This document shows, one piece after another, positions 49,369-58,860 of a stretch of 64,000 nt of DNA (positions are counted from its first letter, which is position 1; each line of letters starts with the position of its first letter). Origin of the DNA: Vicugna vicugna (lineage: Eukaryota); contig MU057947.1 in the NCBI GenBank assembly GCA_013265495.1, positions 1,325,070 through 1,389,069 of the forward strand, written 5' to 3'. A model generated the notes under the pieces. The model did no database searches and was not told the origin of the DNA. It worked only from the letters and a program-made list of their open reading frames with translations. A program made the position numbers and the translations under genes.

Positions 49369-50976
49369 AAAAAACACAAGGCTGTCCAGTGGGCCCCCCG
49401 ACATACTTCGGCAGTTGAAGTCCCTGCTCAGAAGCATGGTGAGAGCTGGGAAGTCGGTGGGTTTTCCTTGGCTGGGCAGCGCCGTCTGCACGAGTCAGGC
49501 TCCTTCTGCCCCCACTTCCCTCCGGCCGGGCAGCTCCTCTACAAGCGGTGATGATGGTGTGGGCGCCACACCTGGGCTGTCTCCCTGCAGCCGCTGGACA
49601 GGAGCCCCTGGGCCTCGCTTGGCTCCCCTGCACCCCGAGTGGGGAGCAGGACTGAGCTGAGTGACTGCAGAGCATGGCTGTCCACGCTGGGGACGTCCTC
49701 TCCTGGGCTGCGCTTTCCCATGGGGTGGCTCTGTGGGAACCATGTGACCACTGCTGTTTTTTGGGAAGAATTTTCCAGAATACTCTCTGGCCTTCAGAGT
49801 GACGCATGTTGAAGTGATTTTTCCGGAAGCTCCTTCCGGCAGACCGGGTGGTGCCAGCTCCGCAGAAGGCTCGCGGCAGGGTGATAAACGATCAAAGTGG
49901 GGCAGTTACTGATTGGCGCTGTGCGTCCTGGGTCCCCGGGGCTCCTGACTGATGCTCCCGGTGTAGGAACCTGCCCCTCCTGAGCGCACATCCCCATCAG
50001 TTCAGAGGCTGCTCTCGCCTGATTGTGGGCAGCAGGCTCCTGGAGACCCCGGGGGTTTCTGCAGCTCTCCCCAGTGGGCCCAGCCATGGGCCTGGCATCG
50101 CGGCCACGCTCCAGTCAGCATCCCAGCGGCCGACGAGCGCCGGAGGGATGGACTGAGTACGCACCCCTCCCCACTTCCGGGAGCAAGGTCATGGCTCCCC
50201 ATAGGCGAGACTCGGGGAGCCGCCCCTGGCTGGAGGCTCATCAGAAAGGTCTCAGAGGCGCTGTGGACGTGTGAATCGCTCCCCTGTGAAAGATGCTCCT
50301 GCCTGGCCCTGGGAGCAGGCTCCTGCTTAGTTGTAAACACAGCTGAACTGAAAAATGTGCTTCCTTCCGAGTGAAGAGGGAGCAGTTGATAAATATCAGA
50401 AGAGTCACAGGTGGTTTTCAGAAGTTGCGATGGAGACGCCAGCCTGTTTTGAAGCACCGTGCTCAACGGCTGTCTCTCCTGAAGGAGACGTAGGGCAGGT
50501 GATGGACCCCTGCCTCCGTCCTGGCTCACCTGGCTGGGCCCCACCCTCCCCATCTTGGACCCTCCGGCCCGCCCCTCCTCCTTGCTTTGTTCACGCTGAG
50601 GATTTCTGGAGTTCCCTCTTGAGCCCTGTTTGGACTCAGGCCTCCCTCAGAGGAGACACTTGGCTGCAGCTCGGCGGAGGCTGGTGCGGTTCCCGGATGC
50701 TTCGCAGGCAGACAGCCGTCCCTGGGCCTCCTGACGTCGGGCACCTGCCCGGACACTTCTGGGCTCTCTAGACAAGATGCCTGACTTTCGTGTCAGACCC
50801 CCGGGAAAGGGTTAACTTCCCAAGTTTTAAGCTGTAAAGTTCAGGCAGCAGTTTACTTTTCAAGCAGCACATGTACAAACTGCATACATTAGCGTAACCC
50901 CGAGTACCTGTGTCCCCAGTCGGCCAAGTACACGCTAGTGAAGGCCTCGCTTCGGCAGGAGCGCCGCGGGGCCTGA

Positions 50977-50998
50977 GCCGCTGTCCGTGGTGCCTGCG
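50977..50998 (-). promoter_or_regulatory. RE1/NRSE-like (REST) motif with a 1-bp insertion
   Basis: cgctgtccgtggtgc (50979-50993) is a 15-bp exact match to the reverse complement of TTCAGCACCACGGACAGCGCC. Confidence 0.4.
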
Positions 50999-51842
50999 GC
51001 CACCACAGCACATTTGCACAACAGCAGCCCTGCCGGTCTTCTTCACGACCTGCCCAGAGCTTTTATTTTCACAAGTAAAGTTCTCTCAAACACGTCTGGG
51101 GTACAGACCAAAGTAAACGAATCACATTTACAAGTACAAGAATGGAGTGTGTTTCAAGGATTGGGGTCCAGAAAGGACTGTGATTTTCACAGCCGCGCGA
51201 TGTGGACACACAGACCCAGGGTGAGGGGACAGTGGTCCTGAGAGTGATGCCCCGGGCGTGAAGCTCCCCCGTGGTCGGGATCCGGGCCCTCTGCTGTCGG
51301 GCCAGGCCAGTGGCTCCAAAATCAGTGTCTTTGGTGAGTTTTTGTTGGTCCAAGGCCTTTGTCCGAGCAGGAACAGAGAGGGCCCTCTGAAGATGGAAAG
51401 GCCCAAGGGCCTTGGGCAGACCTGGTGGTTCCTGCAGGCCAAGCGCTGGGCTGGTCCCGAGAGGGGCGCTGGCAAGGATGAGCTGGGTGGTGGGCACAGC
51501 ACTGCTTCCTCACGCACCTGAGAGTCTGCCTTGGCCCAGCTCAGCTGACCTTGGCTTCCACCAGCGAATGCCGTGTGGAACCTTCGGCTGGCCCTGGACC
51601 GGCCGTGTTAATGATTATTCAGTTCATTCATTCACGTGTTCCTAGTCTCACTCATTCGTTCGTTCCGTGTGTTGTGTTTCTAGCACGTTGCATGCACTGT
51701 ACCAGTTACTTCAGATCGATTAGCGGCACCTTAATTAACCCATCAGGTAGCTAGTCCGTCAATCACCCAATCTTATCACCAGGGTCTCCCCCCTTCCTTC
51801 TCTTTCCTTCCTTCTTTCCCACTTTTCTGCCGTCTTCCTTTT

Positions 51843-52388
51843 TGATGGAGACTCTCTCCTCGTCCAAACTTTAATCAGTTCTTCTGAGCCCCCTTCTTTT
51901 TTAAAAACAAATATTTTTAAAATTTTTTTATTTTTAAAAATTTACCATGTTGGATTAGTGTCTGGCGTACAGCACGGTGACTCAGTTACCCGTACATACG
52001 TTCATACTCTGTTTCACATTCTTTTTCTTGACACGGCCTCGGCCTTGGCCCGGTCCTTGCAGGCCCCGCTTCAGCAGGACTCCTGCAGCCTCATTTTGGT
52101 GCGAACCCCCTGCCCTGGAAGGGTGACCCAGTTCCTCACCCCCGCCCTGCGTGTCTCACCCCCCGGCCTGCCTTGAGCGAGAGTCCGTCTGTCCGTTGAG
52201 CAGGAAGCCCCCAACCCCCGAGGTCTCCTCTCAGGGACCTTCCATCCCCCACCGGCTCCCCGGTGTAAACCTCACCAGCTCCTGGTGTACGTGGGGTTCA
52301 GCCTGAGGCTGCGTCTCTCCCTGCTGCCGTCGCCCCTGGAGGAAGCCCGTGCTCACGGCTGGACGCCCGTCTGAGCCTGGTTCTCACA
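51843..52388 (+). mobile_element. MER31-like ERV1 solo LTR, split by an L1 insertion
   Basis: tgatggagactctctcctcgtccaaactttaatcagttcttctgagccc start, resuming ttcttgacacggcctcggccttggccc...cagcaggactcctgc...cggcctgccttgagcgagagtcc...ttccatcc, as in the recalled MER31 consensus. Confidence 0.75.
51899..52024 (-). mobile_element. Short L1 3' end inside the MER31-like LTR
   Basis: T-rich tail, then atttaccatgttggattagtgtctggcgtacagcacggtgactcagtta. Apparent TSD ttctt at 51894-51898 and 52025-52029. Confidence 0.75.
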
Positions 52389-55300
52389 CTGTCTCCCTTC
52401 CTCCCACACAGACTGTGGGCCACTTACCATCTCAGCCCCCGTCTTCGCCGACGGATGGGGAGACAACTCTGCAGGCGAACCCAGCACGCTCAAATGTGAA
52501 CGATTCGTCTCGTCTGCTGTGGGGACAGGAGGAGGGGACAGGGGAGCAGACGGGGCAGACGGCCTAGGCACAAGGTCTGCACCCCTTCACCTGATCACAC
52601 TGACTCGCAGCATGTGTGCATTCGATCAGGAGCCCTCCTCTGCAGGGAAGGCGGCTGCCGAGGCCGAGGGGGTGGGGGCACCCCTGGCCGCGGGATTGGG
52701 GGCGGCTGGCCTGCTGGGGCACTGCCACGCGTCCCTGTGACTCTCAGCCCCGTGACTGCCCTGCTCCCTTTTCTCGGCCTCCTGCCACCCAGGCCTGCAG
52801 GAGGAGGCCTCCCCCTCTCTCGGGGCCAAGCTGCTCAGGCGGGCTGAGCGCTGGCCATCAGGCCGGTGCCCCCAGCCGGACTCCCCACCCAGCGCTGCAG
52901 GGATTCTGCACCCAGAGCTTCTGGGAACAGTTGAGGGTGCTCTGTCATCCCAGGGGGCCTCTTCCGGGGTCTTTTTTTCGCGACAGGCCTGAGTCACAGA
53001 AGACAGAGCCCTGCCTCCAACCCGGGGGCGAGGAGACTTCCGTGAGGCAGGCGGTCGGTGCCGTGTGCACACCCTCAGCCGGCAGGAGGTGGGAGGGAGA
53101 GCTCAGCTTTCACAGCGGGGCCCGCGGGGGACACACAGCATCTCTGACCAGGCCGACCTGCCCCTGACATCACAGGTGCAGCAGGGAGACCGGGGCCACA
53201 GCCGTGCAGTGGGGCTGGGGGCAGTCGGGGTGGGCCGCCCACCCCTCTCATGTATTTTCCTTGGAGCCCCCGTGCCTAGCAGAGGCAGGCAAGGGCCACT
53301 CCCTGCGGCCCCCGTCCTTGAATGAGTGGACTTGGCGGAACTGGAGGCTGACCCAGGGCATCTGCGCCGACGCAGGTGACAGTCAGGTGTGCGTGGGTCC
53401 AGGGATGCAGGGGGCATCAGCTCAGAAGTCAGACCAGGTAGTTCAGGCCCACCTTGGGCGTGGGCAGGTGACTGAAACCATGGGGAGGTAGGTAAGGGCA
53501 GGAACTTCTGCTGGGACATCTGGGGACTAAGCCAGAGTCTGCACGAAGGGAGGTGCTGGAAATGGTGCTATTCCCCGTTGAAGTCACTCTCCGTTGCATC
53601 GTCATGAGAGCATAAGGGAGCCTGGGCGGGATGGGGATGTGATGGGGTGGGATGGGGATGGAAAGCTTTGGGGTGGGCGGGAGGGCAGCCGTGAGCGGGC
53701 GGGCAGCTGTGCACCCCCCCACCTCGCCCAGCCCCGAGCCTCTGCTCTCCTCCTGCGGTCTCCGTATCTCGTTGTTTTCCTGAGGTTAATCACAGGCTCT
53801 CTCCACGAGGGGATGGCGGTCGGAACAGCAGCGATGCCTTCTAATGAGATAACCAGGCTGCCTGTAGCAGGCAAGGCAGTGCTGAGGAACACCAGGGGCT
53901 GGTGCCTTACCCTTCTGGAAAAGACAGTTCATGCGCCCCAGGGAACGACTTCTCAGAGAGCCCCTGACCCGCCATCAGGGTCAGACCTCCTAGAAAGTAG
54001 CCGTCCGCACTTGGGTTCGCTTCAGGAACAGTGCCTCTCCTCCCAGAGCAGCCGCAGCCTGGCCCTGCACCGGCCTTTCTGTTCAACTTTCTAACTAACC
54101 CGTCCACCCAGGGCCCAGCGGCCCCATCCGCTGACTCCGAGTCCAGGGTGGTAACAGGAGCAGCATCTAAAAAAGTTGTTTTGATTTCTGTGTTTGTAGG
54201 TAGGACAGCTGTCAGCACAGCTGTAGGTTTACAGAGTGGGCGAGCAGACAGCACGTGGAGCTCGGTAAGCCCGACACCCACACGCGGTTCGCTTCTTACT
54301 GACGTCCTGCACTCGTGGGGCACATCTGTTGCCCCCGACAGCTGATACCGGCCAAGCCCCTGGTCTGCGTCAGGCTCCCTCCTCGTGCTGGGCAGGCCTG
54401 TGGGTTCTAACGAACGTACAGTGTCAGGTACCCACGTTACCGTGTGATGCAGAATGGTACTGCTGCCCTAAAAGTCCCGTGTCGGTGGCACCTTTGAGAG
54501 CTGGGCGCGTGGTGAGCAGCCAGCTGTGCCCGCCACGCTGACCGAGCTCTGCAGGCTCTCGGGGAGCCCAGCCACCCGCCAGCCAGGAGAAGGGAAGGGG
54601 GCGGGGTTACGCAGGACCCCTCTGGGCCCGGATCTAATCTGCTGTGAAGACGAGCTCGCCCCCTCCTGCCCCTCTGTACACAGTCTTCACCAAGTGTCCC
54701 CGTGGGCGTCAAGGGCCACGCACACGGCTGGGTCACACCTGCCCACCGTCAGGTCTTCTGAACTGGTCCTCGGCCACTGCCGCCGGTCACCAGTCCCCTG
54801 GCAGGGCTCCGGGATGCCGCCCGCAGCTCGTGCCTCGGACCCTCAGAATCTGTGCTCTTTGCTCTGCCTCCCTCCAAGCCCTCAGGCCTGGGCTGCTTTT
54901 TCTCCTAAAGCCACATCTTGCTGGGTCTGGCAGCGCCCGGAGCCCCCAGGTGGAGGACCCTGCTGCTCCTCTGGTCCTGAAATTCGGGAGCTTTGCTCAG
55001 GGCAGCAACACCCCATCCTGACCATCGGTGCAAGCGAAGGCGTTTCTGCTTCCTCTTGAAGATGGTCCTAAATGTGTGTTTATTTTGTGTTTGTTGAAAT
55101 TAGGAGTTAGCAGAAATGCGGAGTAGAAGCTGACATTAAGTACAACCTAGGAGAGACCTCTTCTTTGTTATTTTATCAGATTTCACTTTCTTTCATTACT
55201 TTATCCTCGGCTGGCATTGGACGTTGTATCCTTGTGGTCGTGGCCTCGCTTGGAAGTTGAAAGTGTTTCCAATGACTTTGCGGGAGGCTCAAGGACGAAC

Positions 55301-55912
55301 GGAACCTCGGGCGGGAGCGGCAGGGCTGTTGGCGTCTTCCTAATGTATGGAGAGAAAATCCGTCTTCAAGGGGCCAGCAATTACTTAAGCACGAGGTACA
55401 AATGGAGGGCATTACTACCTGCTGTTTCGTGAGCATCGGTGCATCGATTGCCAGCTGCTGTCCTCTCCCGCTGAGCTGGCTCCAGCGAGGGGGTCGCCTG
55501 CCGCTGGCTGCAGCACTACTACTGCGCAGGAAGGCCTTTGAATTTTTCTCCGACTAAATAACCATCTGAAGCTACGCATGAGGCTTTAAATGGACACTTG
55601 AAAACTTTGTTCTCTGGGTGACTAACTTCACAATGGGTGTTTCTTCTTTTCTCCTGTTGATCATATTCTTTAAAAAAAAAATCGAGACTTACTTTTAAAT
55701 GATAGTCTCTTGAAACACAATAGTTTCTGCCCCACAGTCTAGCTACACTGATTCGTAGCTGCTAGGAAAAGCCGAGCACCCACCCAGACACCGCTGCCTG
55801 GGGGCAAGATGTGACGGAGGAATTTTTTGAGAGGCAACCGTATTTGTATTTAGAATTTTAAGTGCCCGTCACGTGCCTTTCCCAGCCTGTGCTGGTTCCT
55901 CACTTAAAAGAG

Positions 55913-56759
55913 ACAGGGATAAATTAGGGGTTGGGGATTAACAGACACACACTATTGTATATAAAATAGCTAAACAAAAAGGACCTGCTGTACGACACAG
56001 GGAGCTGTATTCAGTATCCTGCAATGACCTATAATGGAAAAGAATCTGAAAGGAAATATATATATATATATATACACGTATGTATGTGTATAACTTTTGC
56101 TGAAAGATCGGCCCCGCCCCTGATGAGGCAAACTGAAACTCAGAGACCGGGTCTCAGAGCTCAGAAGGAAAGAGGCAGCTTCGCTGCTTTGCCGGGCAGA
56201 GGGGACTGACGGCAGGCTGGTGCCTTCAAGACTGTGAGCCCACCTTGGGGACGGGGCGGGGTGGCTATGTAGCCACAGCTCATACAGTAAAGCATCGACA
56301 GCCAGCAACAGGGTTATTTGCTTCTCCTAAGACTCAGAGTGGGTCACGGGGTCTCCAGGTGGCCGATTCTGTAGCGGCCAGTGGTTGTCACTCTTTCTCT
56401 TTATCTTACAAGCGCCCAAGGCAGGGTCTTGGTAATTCAGGCAATTTTGTAAGGTTACAGTCCCAGGACCTTCTCCCTGGAGAACGACTCAGAGACCAAG
56501 CATGATTATGACGTTCGATTATTGGAATAAAGTAGAAACAGTAAAATTAATAGCTTTATTTTAACAGTGGGCCTGGAGCTGTGAGTAGCAACCGTCAGTC
56601 GGGTTAGTTGACCACCGTTTTAAGGGCAAGCGTGAGACTTAGCGATCTGTTAGCCTAAGCGTGCCAGTTTATTAATTCTCCTTCATAACTGCATCACTTT
56701 GCTGCACACCTGAAACAAGCATTGTAAATCAACTGCACTTCAATAAAACGTTTTTAAAA
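55913..56759 (+). mobile_element. 5'-truncated L1 3' end split by a solo LTR
   Basis: gggataaattaggggttggggattaacagacacac...gtgtataac | taactgcatcactttgctgcacacctgaaac...cttcaataaaa. Direct repeat ttaaaagag at 55904-55912 and 56760-56768, containing the TT/AAAA endonuclease site. Confidence 0.9.
56095..56685 (-). mobile_element. ERV1-type solo LTR (591 bp) with TSD
   Basis: Minus strand starts TGAAGGAGAATTAAT and ends TTCAGCAAAA (probably CAACA mutated). taac is duplicated at 56091-56094 and 56686-56689. Removing the element restores a continuous L1 3' UTR. Confidence 0.85.
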
Positions 56760-56844
56760 TTAAAAGAGGTGAAGAGTGAGCACTAGGGCTGCTCCAGACC
56801 TGCCTGTCTGTGTTCCAGGACCTGAATCACTTATCTTTGGTGGG

Positions 56845-57355
56845 TGGAGGGGTTCAGGCACCCCCTCTCCCCGCCCCATGTGCTGCTGGCACATTTGGAG
56901 CTGAAGGCAGCTGAACAACAGCAGACGTGGGGCGGGCTCTCTGCCCCCCACCCCACCGCCCGACCTCAGACCACAGCTGCCTTTGTGGGGGCGCCCCAGC
57001 TCGCTGCTCCGGGAATGGGAGACCACTTGTGTCACCGGACAGGAGATGGTGCTGAGGAAGGCACCTAACACACCCAACCGACCGGCCCTGACCTGCCCTT
57101 GCTTCCCCCATATGTTTGCCTCCCGGCAGTTTGCCATCTGCCCCAAAGCCTCTTCCCTTACCTTGCCACTTCGCTACAATTTATTGTTCTTCTGTGACGG
57201 TGCTGCATAAGCCCCAGTCCCGACCGCCCTCTGAGGCAGCCTTCGCCGCTCGCCCCCTGGGCTGTGTGTGCCGATCTGTGTTGTCAGTCTAGTTGCAGGG
57301 TCTCGGGCAGAGAATCTAGGAGAGTGGAGGAAACCGTATTTCCTCGTCCCCTACA
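56845..57355 (+). mobile_element. MER34-like ERV1 solo LTR
   Basis: tggaggggttcagg...ttggagctgaaggcagctgaacaacagcagacg...gggctctctgccc start; ends gaatctaggagagtggaggaaaccgtatttcctcgtcccctaca. Confidence 0.8.
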
Positions 57356-58049
57356 AGGTCTTGCTGGCTGACGACCGACAGGTTAGGAACAAGGCTATAC
57401 GAAGAATTCACTTACAAAATAAGTCAGTTTCTCCGGAATCCAGCAAACTCTCTGGGAGAGCAAGTTTGGCGCAGAAGGAACCCAGCGGAGGTGGACGGGC
57501 TCCACCAGTCAGCCGGCGCCATCGCCCCGAGCACCCTCCCCCCCACCCTCCCTCCACACCATGAGACCCCTTCTCTCACCTGAACGGCCACCATGGCTGC
57601 CTTCCTCTCCGAATGGCCACCCGGTGGCGGCTGGAACCCAGTCGCGATCCCTGGCCTTTGCTTGCTCCCACCTGAGGCTGTCGGCCAGACCCCATGCGTC
57701 CTGAGAATTCTGCCCTAGGAGACGCTCTCCGTGGGGCTCTCTGCCGGACGCCGGAGGGACCCCCTCAGACACTGAGATGGGCCCCTGGGCTGTCTTGGGT
57801 CTGTTGACAGATGACTCAAAGGACCCAGTTTGGAGCCCGAGCTGGACGCTGACCTTGGGAGCCTCGCAGAGCCTTGGGACGCTTCCCGCCTCTGGTCCCA
57901 TCAGATTAAACAAATACTCCCCCTTGTGGGAGCGTTTAATTGTCTTTTATGATTTGAGCCGTATTTACGGAGCATCGCAGACGTGGGGGTGGAGCAGTGA
58001 CAGGACAACACAACACTCAGCTGGGGGCACCTGCTCCCGCACCCTGAAA

Positions 58050-58860
58050 CGGGCTGACCGTCAGGGTCGGCGGTGCTGCGAGGGGGCGTCCTTGTCTTGT
58101 TCCGGGCTTAGTGGGAAGGCTTTGGGCTTTTCACCGTTGACTGTCGTGCTGGCTGTGCGTTTGCCATAAATGCCTTTCATCGTGTTGCGATATGTTTGCT
58201 TCATACCCACTTTGGTAAGAATTTTTATCGTGAATGGATGTTGGATTTTATCAGATAATTTTCCCGCTTCTGTTGAGACGATCATGTGATTTTTGTCCTT
58301 TGGTGGATGTGGTGTATCGCGTTGACTGATTTGCATGTGTTCAACCATCCTAGTGGCTCTGGAGTGAATCCAGCCTGCTTGTGGTGTATGATCTTTCTTA
58401 TGTGTTGCTGGATTCAGTTTGCTAATATTTTGTTGAGAGTTTTTGCATCTATATTCATTTCTTTTTTTTGTATTTGCCTCATTAAATTATTTTTTTATTG
58501 AAGTGTAGTCGGTTTACAATGCTGTGTCAGCTTGTGGGGCACAGCACTGTGCTTCCGTCATACGTGAACATACACACATATTTGTCTTCATGCTCCTTTT
58601 CACCGTGAGCTACTACAGATGTTGAATAGAGTTCTCTGTGCTGTACAGTATGAACTTGTTTATCTGCTTTGTATATGCCAGTCAGTATCTGCAAACCTCG
58701 AACTCCCAGTTTATCGGTAATTTTCTTTTTTGATGTTGTCTTTGACTGGTTTTGGTGTCAGGGGGATGGTGGCTTCATAGAGTGAGTTTGGGAGAGCTCC
58801 CCCCTCTTCAATCTTTTGGAAGAGTTTGAAAAGGATCAGAAGAAGTTCTTGGTGTGTTCG
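58050..58860 (-). mobile_element. L1 ORF2 fragment (Z region and RT N-terminal half)
   Basis: ORF 58711..58908 LFKLFQKIEEGGALPNSLYEATIPLTPKPVKDNIKKENYR and ORF 58061..58348 KDKNHMIVSTEAGKLSDKIQHPF...VNGEKPKAFPL are clear ORF2p relics. Confidence 0.92.
58459..58715 (-). mobile_element. Younger L1 3' end nested in the ORF2 fragment
   Basis: ttttttattgaagtgtagtcggtttacaatgctgtgtc...ctgcaaacctcgaactcccagtttatc; same family as 38150-38313. Confidence 0.85.

Noticed and set aside
50946..50958. ctcgcttcggcag, a 13-nt match to the U6 snRNA 5' end
   Set aside because: Similarity stops immediately (no cacatatactaaaattgg); no TSD or L1 chimera.
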